Assembly: GCF_006345805.1 (NCBI RefSeq) | Contig: NC_043005.1 | Span: forward strand, 106,330,001-106,394,000 | Source: Octopus sinensis | Taxonomy: Eukaryota | DNA: 64,000 nt | Direction of reading: 5' to 3' | Shown: positions 26,844 to 40,010 of the stretch, one piece after another | Layout: every line of letters starts with the position of its first letter | Position numbering within the stretch: the stretch's first letter is position 1 | Program-made: the position numbers and the translations under genes | Notes under the pieces: model-generated | Databases searched by the model: none | What the model was told of the DNA's origin: nothing | The model's input: the letters and a program-made list of their open reading frames with translations, nothing else

Positions 26844-26947
26844 CATACACACACACACACACACACATACACACAAATACACAAACACATACACATATAA
26901 TTAGATAGATGGATATATATACATATAAATATATATTTATATAATTA

Positions 26948-27230
26948 ATAATATCAGGGTAATAAAAAATTTTAGAAATTTTTACTACCAGTGGCCTAGT
27001 GTGTAAAAAAATTTGTCAATAGACTATGTATTATTCATATAAATACAGTGTACATTTAAACACATAAGAGGTATCTGTCATAGAATTCCTTGCATGCTGG
27101 AAGGAACAGCTAAAATCCAAACCACTATTAGGGATAAACTTTGAAGGGAGTGAAAAATAATTTGCTAAATAAAAGTCTGAAACCATGGTCTGGGAGACAG
27201 ATGGTAAATGTTTTTATTTGTCATTCCGTG
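26948..27230. mobile_element. Second copy of the 9600 family with an internal strand switch near 27158
   Basis: Colinear with 9600-9815, then continues as the reverse complement of about 9800-9872. Confidence 0.7.
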
Positions 27231-27612
27231 GTTATATATGTGGTGGTTTCATGGCAAAGAATTCATATATAAAAAACTTCAGGGTCTCAAGCAATCGTCT
27301 TATACACCAATATGAGGTTGCCTTGATGTATCCATGACAGCGGTGAGCAATAACCAAACCTGGGGGAAACGTTTGTTAGCTGACATCATCTGTAGACGGA
27401 TTAATATCTAAGAAATTAAACTCATTAGATTTTAGTTAGACTATTTAGACTAGTTAGACTGCCGGGAGTTGGCACACCAATCGTTGTAAAGTCAATTGCT
27501 CATAAGTTGATGACAACCTGTGTATATATAAATATATATATATATGTATGTATATATATATATATACATGTATCTATCTATCTATATATATATATATATA
27601 TATCTATATCTA

Positions 27613-27647
<35 letters not shown>

Positions 27648-27654
27648 ATATATA

Positions 27655-27752
27655 TTAAAATCTTAGGGCAGCAAGAATATTTATTGAAAAAATTCTTTGT
27701 TACCAGTGGTCTTGCGAGAAGGAAAAAATTTAGTCAATAGACTATACATTAG
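27655..27752. mobile_element. Short (TA)n-embedded relative of the 9600 family
   Basis: Shares taccagtgg and aaaatttagtcaataga; flanked by TA-rich repeats on both sides. Confidence 0.6.
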
Positions 27753-27778
27753 ACTATATATATCAATATATATAGATA

Positions 27779-27867
<89 letters not shown>

Positions 27868-28539
27868 ATATATCAGTTAACACATGCTTCTATATTTCTT
27901 CCTCGTCATCATTATTTTATGTTTGCTTCACATGGTGGAAAGCATTTGATGGAATATAATTCTATCCTTAATGAAAAATATACCAATCCCACAACAAAAT
28001 GTTTATATGAAGTTTAAAGAAGAAGAAACAAAGCACCTTAAATGCATGTTGGAAAATACTTTTTTCGAGAAGGCTCAGATGAAGAATTTGCTAATACAAA
28101 ATTTAGATACAAGAGAAAATATCTGCAAAAAATGAAAACAATGAAAGCTTATGAACAGGAACTCCTGAATATGATATAGAAATATTCATTGCATTTAAGA
28201 ACAGATTAATTAATGATTTGTGAAATTTCTGTAATTCTAATAATTTATATGTTCCATTAGATAAGACAGAAAACATTTATGAGGTTGAGAAAGACTGGTT
28301 ATAAAGAGGTTCTTTCTAGTATGATATTATTATGAAAACTTGTAAGAAATATTACCTTATATGTGTGTATATGTTTGTACATATATGTGTATGTGTAGTG
28401 TTGGTGTGAAACGAAACTCATGAATATACACCAGAAATTCATCAGCACAGCGAAGTTGAGTTAAATCATTGCTATTGTATAAAAGTTTATTTTAAAGCTG
28501 CCAAAAATAGACAGAATAATTCACAGAAGGTGAAATAAT

Positions 28540-28722
28540 TGGTTTCAAATTTTGGCACAGGGCCAGCAATGAAAGTCAATTACTTTGATCCCAGTGTTTA
28601 ACTGGTACTTATTTTATCGATTCCAAAAACTGAAAGGCAAAATCAAGCCTGGTAGCATTAGAACTCAGAAATGGCCCTAAGCATTTTTCCTGGTGCAATA
28701 ATCATTCTGCCACCTCACCAAC
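28540..28722 (-). mobile_element. Degenerate SINE family C
   Basis: ctggtacttattttatcga...gaaaggcaaa...gaactcagaa. Confidence 0.65.
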
Positions 28723-29319
28723 TTGGAAGGTAAGATAACTGAGATGCTGGTGTATTAGTTTAATGAAAGAGATATGATATAAAGTCATATTTTTATACAT
28801 TTAAAATATTTTAGTACCATTGTATAAATTTATGCTGTATAAGACAAATAAGTATAATTATATACTATGAACAATATACAGTGTTATAGTAGAATCTCTT
28901 AAATTAGGTCTATAGCAAACATACATTGGCTTTAAACATATAATTATATTTCAATGCACCATTAAAAATTTCTAATCATATCATGCTGAGTTGTATTCAA
29001 TATAATTATTTTTAAAAGTTAATCAGAAGATGCTAAACAATGCTCATGAGCCTTCCAATTTGTGCAAGAATGGTAAGATTGCTAGTTAAACACAAGCAAA
29101 CACACACACACACACACATACTGAGCGATGTATACACCTGCACTTCAAGAAGAATTCATTGTAAATTAGCACCACAAGTCTGTTGTTTTTAACAAATAAA
29201 ATAGCTTAGAATTCCCTTGCTTGAAATATACATTTATTCCTCTAATGTAGAACCATGCACTGATTTCTTTGGCTGTATCAAGTTAGCCATATAAGATGCT
29301 GCTGCTGCTGCTGCTGCTG

Positions 29320-29393
<74 letters not shown>

Positions 29394-29449
29394 GTTGCTG
29401 GTGCTGCTGCTGCTGCTGCCGTATATATATATATATATATGCATGCATA

Positions 29450-29909
29450 TATGGATACAGGACGTCACCAACTGTCTAAACAACATGAAATACGAAAACA
29501 AACGAGTTAAATACGTAAAAAAACGAGAGAAAAAATGGAAAACAGGACAAGTAAATACAGTTTACTTCACCAGTCGTCAGCTGTCTATCTGCCCCTCATT
29601 TCGAGCATTCAACGACAATATGAGTCTTCAAAGACAGCTACTTCCATAAATTCCAGAATAAAATTTAGGATTTATGGAGGGTCAAAGTTGGGAACAAAAA
29701 CAGAACAGTGGAAACATACAAAGAAAGTTAACAAAAACAAACATGGAGGGTTGTTAGACCAGAATGAGAGGAGCATAGTGAATGCTGGGAGAAATATTTT
29801 CTTTGAAAAGAGAAAAGATAGAAGAGAGAGAAAGAAAACGTCCGGTCCTTTGAACGTCCGTGCAGGAATAGAAAGATGGACGATGGTCACGTTTGAGCAA
29901 CGAGAGACA
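29450..29909. mobile_element. TA-adjacent element, diverged homologue of the 18693 element
   Basis: Terminus tggatacaggac; colinear motifs ttcaccag, tttcga, cttcaa, ggagggt.aaa and aacaaaaacag. Confidence 0.55.
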
Positions 29910-29911
29910 TA

Positions 29912-30800
29912 CAGGGTGGTATCAAAAAGTTCCTGGACTTGTTATGTTTAATAAAAAAATAACTTACTTACCTAAGTTTTAATATCATCTTCAAAACGTC
30001 ACCTTGTACAGCATTACACCAGTCCCAGCATTCCTGCCACTTTTGGAATCCAGTCTAGAAGTCATTTTCCCTAAGTGATTCAAGGACCTTCTGCGATTCA
30101 CACTGGATCTCCATGGTGTTAAAATGGTGACCTTTGAGATGCATTTTCATCTTGGAGAAGAAATGGAAGTCTGCATGTGCTAAACCTGGTGAATAGGACG
30201 GGTGCACAAGTGATATAAAGTTTTTTCCAAGAAACTCAAGAATGAGGAGAGATCGGTGGTGGTGCGTTGTGGTCGTGAAGAATCCAATTCTTCAGAGATG
30301 TTAGGATTGTCTGCACAGCTCCATATAACAGACTAACAACACCAGCAATGTCATTGATTGTCTTTTGACCATCCTCATAAAAAGACTGATGAATTTTCTC
30401 CCCATCTCCAAGGGTGACACTTCTGGCAGGTCTTTCGAATCCCACATCAACTTCCAGGGATATTCTTTCAATTGTGAAGCTCCCATGTCACTTGAACCAT
30501 TGAGTATAATCCATTACCTCATTGAGGTTGCCATAGCATGCTCAATGTCTCTGTAGCAGACTTACCAAGTTTAGCACAAAATTTCATGTTAGCTCTTTGT
30601 TCCAACTTCCTGTCCATAACAAAAATTACAGACTACAGCACAAATTTCCCAATTTGTGAAGTAAACACAGTGATGTCACCCGGTCCACTGCCTCCTGAAC
30701 GTCACTGCTGGTTTTCACTGTACACACAGATGCTGCCATCTTTTGGTGCACTGGAGAACATTTTGGTGCACTAGTCCAGGAACGTTTTGATGCCATATAC
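29912..30800 (-). mobile_element. Internally deleted mariner transposon with both TIRs and a pseudogenised transposase
   Basis: TIRs ggtatcaaaaagttcctggact / agtccaggaacgttttgatgcc; minus-strand peptides LEQRANMKFCAKLGKSATETLSML, WILHDHNAP and FQKWQECWDWC. Confidence 0.85.
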
Positions 30801-30819
30801 CATATATATATATATACAG

Positions 30820-31130
30820 TTTGGAAGTTAAAGACGATTTACAGACAAGTACTGGAAAACCAATCCATCTTTTGTTCAATGTCAGTGTTTTCTTCGAAAA
30901 AGAATTGTTTTCTTCACATTTCAGCAATGAATCACCACTGGAAATCCATTGGATGAATTTTAGCCTCATTGAATTAATGTGGGACCCAAAATTTGAGCTT
31001 GCTGGCATAACCAAGTGGTTGGTAGTTTTCAACACTCGATTTGGATATTGGGAGAATATCTGCAATCATTCTGGTCATTTAATGGGAATCTGAGTTGACG
31101 AATTCCTTCATTTTGTTGCTGTTCCTTAGC
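30820..31130 (-). pseudogene. Possible decayed reverse transcriptase fragment (R4/Dong-like)
   Basis: RVLKTTNHLVM...KFIQWISSGDSL resembles the GIFQGDSL motif region once a frameshift is allowed. Confidence 0.35.
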
Positions 31131-31513
31131 ATTGACTGGCCAGAGTGAGGTGCATACTGAACAAAAACATTTCTTAATCAAAATGTTGAAAGCAACTTTT
31201 GGCATTCATATTCTGCAGCAGTCTCCCCTCCACACACAGTACATATTTACCTAAAGCTTTCTACCATTCATTTGCCTTTCTTTAATGAAAACATGGAATA
31301 TTGATAGTGTTTGATTTGGTTCTCCATTTTCAGGTGAACCCAAGGACACCAAATATGTCCTGTCTCACTGCAAGTTTGCCCTGAACTATGTTGAAGTGTT
31401 AAGTAGTCAATGAATGTGTATATGCAAAGGACATACTTAAAGTTAGCTACTTATTAGAGTGTCTGCTTAGTGTTGATAAAAACCAAATGGACTTTTTGGC
31501 CAACCCAGTATAA

Positions 31514-32410
31514 TGCCTTGGGGAACTCTTCCATGCTGATGACTGCCTTCTTACAGCTGAATCTCTATTAGGGTTAGAGAAAAAAGTTCAGCTGTGGAAG
31601 CAAGGATGGGAATCAAAGGTCCTTAGAGTTAGTTTAGTAAAGACCAAGCATGAAGGCAAACAAATCCCTAATCCCTTCAGGAAAATGGCTCTGTTCAATA
31701 TGTAGAAACGGTACCAGTAGAAATTCCATACAGCATCTTCAATGCAAGCTATGGATGCATAAGAGGTATGTTAGAATCACAGGAAGATTAACAGAAAAAG
31801 TAGTCTTTGTGTCTGTCAGATGTGCAGGTACAATAAATACTAAAACTGTACTGGAAATAGATTTCCTAAAACGTCCAGGGTGTCCTTAGAGTTTCTGTAA
31901 CCTAGCAGCAAAGGAGGTTGCTCTGAAAATATAGTTGCTAGAATAAGAGCTGGCTGGGTAAAGTTCAGAGATCTATTGCTTTTGTCAGTAACAAAAAAAC
32001 CTGTCCCTCAGAGTGAGAGACAGATTGTATGATGCCTGTGGATAAATAGCTATGCTACTTGGTAGTGAAACATGGGTTGTAGCTGTAGAGGGCATACTAA
32101 GGCTTGAAAGAAATGAAGCCAGCACATTCCATTGAATGCACAGTGTCAGTGTGCATGTATGACAAAATATGCTTTCAGTGAAAATTTGAGTATGAAGGCA
32201 TTAGATATAGAGTGCAAGAGAAAAGACTGTGTTAATACGGTCATGTGATGCATATAGCTGAAGGGAGGACCAGTGGAAGACTCAGAAAGACATAGGATGA
32301 AATAATGAGAAATGATCTTTAAATGTTGAGACCCACAAAGATGACAAAAGAGCAAGCCAATTGGTGATTTGCTGGGCTTGAGAAGACCTGTCCATCTAAG
32401 TAAAATTGAG
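31514..32410 (+). pseudogene. RTE-clade LINE 3' half, decayed reverse transcriptase
   Basis: ELFHADD (YADD motif), WKQGWESKVLRV, a Cys/His-rich insert, ARIRAGWVKFRDLL and LLGSETW; stops and frameshifts present. Confidence 0.85.
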
Positions 32411-32935
32411 ACCAGAAAGGCGTGTCCTTTATGTCCATGCTCTCTCAAACACTCAATCTTTCCCCTACCAAACCTCACCACAATCCATCTTCCCAACACA
32501 TTCCCCTTCCCCCACCAATGTATTCCTCTTTGCTCTCCCTCAAGTACCTTCCTGCATACAATATGCCCCCATTGAATCTTTTCCCCACCACATATCCTCT
32601 TAATAACCCCTCCCTCTACCTGTGTCTCCTCATAACATTCAACCTCCATCACTCACTCTCCTTTTGTGGACTCTCTCATCCACTCACCCTCCCCAATCCT
32701 CTATATACACCTTCCTGTAACTTGGATAAATGGCCCCACACCCCCTTCCCAATCAAACCATTGCCATCTTCACTTTCTCCTCTATCTTTTCCCCCTCTCT
32801 CTCAACTCTCTTTCCACCTGAGGTAGCTGCACAAAACACCTTTTACTGTCCCTCAGAACTTCTCCTGACCTCAGTTGAGGGGCTATTGTTTTCCAAGGTA
32901 ATTGGTATTCAAACTGCTGCTGGTACCATATAAAA

Positions 32936-33158
32936 AGTGGTGAGCTGGCAGAAACGTTAGCACGACGGGCGAAATGCTTAGCGGTATTTCGTCTGCCATT
33001 ACGTTCTGAGTTCAAATTCCGCCGAGGTTGACTTTGCCTTTCATCCTTTCGGGGTCGATTAAATAAGTACCAGTTACGCTATAATCGACTTAATCCCTTT
33101 GTCTGTCCTTGTTTGCCCTCCCTGTGTTTAGCCCCTTATGGGTAGTAAAGAAATAGGT
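32936..33158 (+). mobile_element. SINE family C
   Basis: Near-consensus head and gtagtaaagaaatagg end. Confidence 0.88.
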
Positions 33159-33929
33159 ACCATATAAAAAGCACCCAGTACACTCTGTAAAGTGACTGGA
33201 AAATGGACATTAAATGATGACGGTGAAGACGATGATGGTGACAATGATGACGACGACGACGATGTGTATGTGTGTGTGCGTGTGCGTGTGTATTTATATA
33301 TATATGCACACACATACATACATACATATATATATATGTATTGTGAAAGAATGAAAAAGACACAAAATATAAAAAAATAATAATGATAATAATATTAGAA
33401 TCTAAAAAACGTAGTAAGATTTCATTGTGAAGAAATTCAATTTTAAGCCAAATTTTTAGCTTTACTTTCTTATTTTTTGCACTTTTTTTTCTTGCTTCCA
33501 TGATGCAGCCAATACCACAGCACTGACACACTTCATATATTGCTCAAGAAAGTAGAGAACAAATATTCTCAGAATAACCATCTATCTGATTAGCTTTGCT
33601 GCCATCAAATGGTAAAGAAAATTCTCTTAGGATAGTGGAGAACTGCATTAGAAGGAATACATTATAACTGATGTAAGGACATGCACTTGTGCATACACAC
33701 ACACACACAGAGGGAGGCACATACATGCACACACACATACACATATATATTGTATGTATACATATATAAATATATATATATATGTGTGTGCGTGTGTATA
33801 TATGTGTATATATATATATACGCACATACATATCTAGTTAGACAGCTAGAGATGTACAAATGGATAGATATTTTCACACACACATATGAATACATATATA
33901 TAAAATATATATCTATATCTATATCTATA

Positions 33930-33967
<38 letters not shown>

Positions 33968-34009
33968 ACTTCAAATACATGTATTTGAAGTTACATATTT
34001 TGAAGTTTA

Positions 34010-34100
34010 TTTCTTCTTCTTCTTCTTCTTCTTCTTCTTCTTCTCTTCTTCTTCTTCTTCTTCTTCTTCTTCTTCTTCTTCTTCTTCTTCTTCTTCTTTC
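34010..34100. repeat. (TTC)n microsatellite
   Basis: Direct reading. Confidence 0.95.
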
Positions 34101-36565
34101 AATTTGGTTCCTTCTTATTATTGTCATTATCATTATTATTATCATTATCATCAACATTATATATATTTTTTTCATTTTCTTTTCTTATATTCTTTCATTT
34201 ACATTTTCTGAAAATGCGTCTTTTTTTTGTTATCTATTTTTTAATATATCTCCCTGTGCAGTTTTACTTATATATTTTTAGTTAAATTTTTTCTTTTTTC
34301 TTTTTCTTTAATTACCTTAACAAGACTGAAATCCTTATTATGAAAATGTGATTATCTCTAGAAACTTGTTAACTCACACAATAATCAAGGACTAACTTTT
34401 GCTTGGCCCCGGCAAGTCTCTGGAATTGCGAATTAGTTGGTATTTACCTGCTTAAACTTGATATTTTTTCTCTTTATTTTCATCTTTTATTTTTACAAAT
34501 AAACAAATAGCAAAAGAAAAAAAATTAATAAAACAAAAAAAGATATTGTAGATATATTTAAAAAAAAGTTTTAAAAAGAAGATTATCAACAAGAAAGAAA
34601 ATATAAATGGGTAAATTATGAATAATATAGATGGAAAGATGAAGTGAAACTGAAATAAATAAGAAACCAGAAATACACATTTATGCACACATATACACAT
34701 ACATACATACATACACACATATATAAATGTATATATATATATATACACATATATATATACATAAATATATGTATATATATGTATATATATATATGTATGA
34801 ATGTGTGTATGTATATGCTTGTGTATGTGTCCGTATATGAAAACCCACTTTTAATTTAGCAAGTATGTTGTTCCGTCCATGCCAATCTATTTCTGTGTGT
34901 GTTCATTTATTTTCATTTTTGTTCAACACTTTTATACAGTTTCTGAGTTTTAGTTCTACAAAAAAAAAACGATATAAATAAAACAAATAAAAGAATAAAA
35001 GGAACCCTTTTTTTCTCTGACACTCATCCTGTCTTTCCACAATATCAACGAAAAGTACCCATAATTTTTAGGCTTTCATTATTGCCAGTTTTAACCCATC
35101 CTCATCATCATCATCATTATTATAAACATCATCTTCCTCATTATCATCAATGCTATCTTTCTTCTCATCATCATTCTCCTCCCGTCTCTCCCACTTCTTT
35201 CCATTCCTCCTCCTCCTCCTCCTCCTCCTCCACCTCCTCAACATCATCATCATCTTCATCATCAGCAGGACTATTACCATCATCATCTACACTAATAATG
35301 TCTCACATTAACCTAACCAACCATCTATTTGAAACAAATTTTTTTTCCTTAACAAGACAATCAAGTTTAAATTGCTTTGTCAAAGCAACTCATTTACGTA
35401 ATTATTTAGAATTTATAAACAATAAATCATAATTATTTAAAATTAATAAACAACAAAGTTATACATATTTAAAATTAATAAACAATACAGCACTTAATTA
35501 TTCAAAATTTACGATAAATCACTTAATTATTGAAAATTAGCAAACAAATTAAGAAAATGTTTAGAATTACTAAACAAGACATCCCTACAGTATTTAAATC
35601 TAATTAAGAGTATGTTACTTAATTAATGTAAATGAATGAACAGAGCTAAAAAAAAAGGTTTTGTTATCTTTTGTTTTTGTTCATTCTTTTCTTTAAAAAA
35701 AGCTGGCCCTTTAAAAATTTTCTTTTAAAGAACTATTCAGCCCATGGGTAAACCAATTTGAGCAAACTGATAATCAAAGACATCTCAGCCCTGACATAAT
35801 GTTTGAATTGGGGGTTCTACTTCTCTAACCCTAGGGGTAATCATTAGTAATTACATAATGATTGGTTCAACCATTTCAGCCCATCACTACCATCTTTATC
35901 TTCATTTTCTTTCCAGTAACTGCTATTCACCCTGGTATAATATGGGGTAGCTATGTATCCCTTCTATAGCAAAAACACTCACTATCATACTTTAGCCCCT
36001 CAGCATCTGACATAACACCATCGCCCTAATACTCTTCCTACCCACTTGGCCTTTTTTCCATTCTATTTCTGTCTTGCAACTTATTTGGTGGGGTCACTAG
36101 TGGCAGTCACATGGAAAAAGCACCCAGTACACACTGTGAGGTGGTTGGCATTAGGAAATGGCATGAGAATTTTATAGTGTCCATAAGAGTTGTGCAGTGT
36201 GCATGAGAGTCACATAGAGTGCACAAGACTTGTGTAGTGTGCACCACAATTGTGTAGGGTGAACAAGAGTTGTGTAACTTGTGTGTCTTTTGAAGTTGTA
36301 CCGACAATGCTTTGATGCCTTTGTGATATTCTTCTTAATGAGAAAAAATGTTCTAATTCTGAATTGTTTAAATCATAATTGGTTGTGAGAAGGGAGTGCT
36401 GGTCACATGACTAGAAGTATAGTACGTTACTTTGTTACCTTATTTATTGTCTAGTTTGCTACCAGCAGGTGATAGCTATCATTATTTCTCAGATCATGTA
36501 ATTAGCATTATGAAGGTCATCTGTTCAGCAGTCATTGCATAATATTGGTAGAACTTGCTACTTAA

Positions 36566-36785
36566 CCCTTTCGTTACTGTATTTATTTTGAAATGCTCTG
36601 TGTTTCTTTCAATTACTTTAAATATTACAAAGAAATTAGTAAAATAATTTGGTTATCATTCAGCTAGTGTTAGGAACATAAATTGTGACTAAGGTTTGAT
36701 GGAAGATTTTAATTCAAAACTTATGAAAACAAGACATTTGTATTACAGAACCAGAGCCGGTTTCAGCCGGGTTGGTAACAAAAGG
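36566..36785. mobile_element. piggyBac-type MITE
   Basis: TTAA at 36562-36565 and 36786-36789; TIRs cctttcgttac / gtaacaaaagg; second copy at 47929-48381. Confidence 0.85.
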
Positions 36786-37863
36786 TTAACTATACTTATT
36801 TTGTTCACAAGAAACATCTACAAATGAAATCAATTCTCAGAATATTTCTATTTTTTACCATCTCCTCTTGTATATATTATTTAGTGATTCTCTCATTATT
36901 ATTTTTGTAAGTACAGTGAAATCTATGCACACAGAAGAGCTCAAATAAGACAGAAGCATGTTCATAGCATCCAATATTTGCCAGTTTTAGCTTCAGTATC
37001 ACTGATGACCTAATGCTTTGATTATAAATAAAGGATTGAAGGATTTTGCTTACAGATGTAGAAGCCTCAATGCTGTGCTCAAGATGCCCTGTCTGTCATG
37101 GCAAAAATGAGGTTCAAAGCATGTTTATATCTACGCACTAACCATGAACTAACCCCTACACCCTTTCTGTACCCAGAAAGCTTTCCCCACGATTATATTC
37201 CATACAACTATCCTCCCATCACACTTCTAACAGTGGCACTATTCAGCTGCTGTTGTCATATAACATATAACAGCAGAATCTGCATATATGTCATCTCTTA
37301 TGTGTCCCCAGTTACCTCTCCATCTCCTTGGAACCATCCTTCTTAAGCATTCATCCCTCATTCTCAGTATTATCCTATTTTTACTTTTACTTTCCAAAGA
37401 TCACCCTTTACTGTGTATCTAGCTATTTCTTCCTCTCCTCTGAGATCCATTGTAGGACACCTCCCATCTGCTAACACTCTGAAAGCATCTCACATCCAAG
37501 GTTGTCTTTACAATCTCTCCTTACCACTCTGCCACTCTGCATCTCATCCTTTTACTTTCTGATCTATCTAAATGTTTATCATACTCTTGATTTTCTCCTT
37601 CCAGTATTATCACTTAGCATCTTCCTGCACTATTTCTTTTGTCTTCTCCACATATTGATATTCATCATCTACCACACTTCCACACTTGCACATCCTACCA
37701 TAATTTCTACCCCATCTGTCGCTCTCCCCTCACACTCTTGTAAACCACCATACACAAACTCATACTTGTAAACCACCATACTCATACTTGTAAACCACCA
37801 TTCTCTCATACTCATACTTTCTCATACTCACCCCGTTATATCTTAAAAATATGTTCTGACACC

Positions 37864-38083
37864 TTACTCTTTTACTCTTTTACTCTTTTACTTGTTTCAG
37901 TCATTTGACTGCGGCCATGTTGGAGCACCACCTTTAGTTGAGCAAATCAACTCCAGGACTTATTCTTTGTAAGTCTAGTACTTATTCTATCAGTCTCTTT
38001 TGCCGAACCACTACATTACGGGGACGTAAACACACCAGCATCGGTTGTCAAGCAATGTTGGGGAGACAAACACAGACACACAA

Positions 38084-38158
<75 letters not shown>

Positions 38159-38324
38159 TACAACAGGCTTCTTTCAGTTTCCATCTACCAAATCCATTCA
38201 CAAGGTTTTGGTCAGCCTGAGGCTATAGTAGAAGACACTTGCCGAAGATGCCAGGCAGTGGGACTGAACCCGGAAACATGTGGTTGGTAAGCAAGCTACT
38301 TACCACCCAGCCACTCCTGCGCCT
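37864..38324 (-). mobile_element. SINE family A
   Basis: Full head and tail. Confidence 0.9.
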
Positions 38325-38449
38325 AATATTTTCACCAATATTTTTATATCCTCCAGCCATGACCACCCACTCTTATATAATGCAAAGTAGACACTAGTGC
38401 TTGTTCTCTCCATGTCACTTTTATGACAACTCTATTCAGTCGAACTGTT

Positions 38450-38869
38450 CTCACCAGTGCCAGTCATATGCAAAGAGCCCCCCACCGAAAAATGATTCAA
38501 GCGAGGTCGTTGCCAGTACCGCCTGACTGGCCCCCATACTGGTGACATGTAAAAAGCACCTACAACACTCTTGGAGTGGTTGGCGTTAGGAAGGGCATCC
38601 AGCTGTAGAGACTCTGCCAGATCAAGATTGGAGCCTGGCGCAGCCATCTGGTTCGCCAGCCCTCAGTCAAAATCGTCCAACCCATGCTAGCATGGAAAGT
38701 GGACGTTAAACGGTGATGATGATGATGAAAGTGGTTGGTAGAAAGAAGGGCATCTAGCAATAGAAACCATGCCAAAGGGGACACTGGAACTCAAAGCAGT
38801 TCTTTAGCTCATTGGATCTTATTAACTCATCCAACCCATGTCAGCATGGAAGACAGACATTAAATGATG
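38450..38869 (+). mobile_element. SINE-like family B followed by an older family-B 3' fragment
   Basis: Two successive ccaacccatg..agcatggaa...ttaaa ends. Confidence 0.8.
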
Positions 38870-38879
38870 GCCAGAATTC

Positions 38880-40010
38880 AGTAAACTCATTCAAAAGTGA
38901 TGAGGTAGAAAATACTAACAGGACAAGAAGTGGTTAAATTTGAACACAAGTAAGGCTAAAATTCATCTTTAAACCGTAGCATCTCTGTTATTTTTAGAAA
39001 TCATTTAATATAATTATGCTTATTTGAAAGATTTCAATGAAAGGAATCTATTTTTGTAAACCAAGTTATAAAAGATGCAGTAGAAAAATGCCTATCAGGC
39101 AAAAAATGGTCAAACTGGAAAGGAAGTAATGCCTGGCATCGCATTTGAATCATCATATTTCAGTTACTTAAAAAAAATGGTATAATGATGCTTAATGGAA
39201 AGATTTCAATGAAAGAAATCTATTTCTGTCAACCTCCTCAAAATTGGTTACAGTAAGAGAAAACTCAAAAAGCAAAAAAGTGATCAAATTTGAATGAGTG
39301 TAAGACCTAAATTAATCTTTAAGTCAGCATATCTCTGTTAATTTGGAGAAAAATTAATTAGTATAATTAAGTTTTACTAAAAGAGCTGAATGGTAGGAAT
39401 ATAATACTGAAAACCATGTCAAAATTGGCAAGGTGGAAAAAAAAAAATTATTAATTAAAAAGAGGTCATATTGTAGGGTGATCAGGAATAAATTATGTGA
39501 TATTGAAAGGTTTTTGGAAAAACTTAAGTTAAAAATGCAGAGAAGATGAGTAACATTGCACTACTTCGCTATTTTGACTGGTTTTTCTCCAGTTCCACCC
39601 AGTTTGTGTATGATATGGTTTGTTTACCCCCTTTTTTTTTGTCCTTTGGATGATAGCATTATACAAGCTAAAACATTTTCTGATTTCCAATATTTTGAAG
39701 GTATGAATATTTAATAAATTATATAAAGAAAGTGGATTTTAGGTGGAAAAAAAAAATCAGCTTTTTAGATGTAACTGTCAAAGGGAAAAATTAGGAGCTT
39801 TTGGTGCAAGTTTATATTTTGCATTCAAATTTAATAAAACACCAAAAATATTTGAAAATAAGATTATTTTTAGATGATTTTTGTATTTGGTTTGCAAGAT
39901 TCTTGATGTGAACTCATGTGTTGGAACAAATTGCGTTGTAATTTGGGAGGGTCATTGCACTAATAAACACACATACACACACTGGTTCAGTTTCACTTCT
40001 TTATTATTAG
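38880..40010 (+). repeat. Degenerate ~175-bp tandem subrepeats, possibly inside a Helentron-type element
   Basis: gaaagatttcaatgaaag.aatctattt near 39026 and 39198; a.atctctgtta near 38981 and 39331. Confidence 0.4.

Noticed and set aside
27663-27668. TTAGGG and AGGGTAA motifs as telomeric seeds
   Set aside because: Single, non-tandem occurrences that are better explained as part of the terminal hairpin
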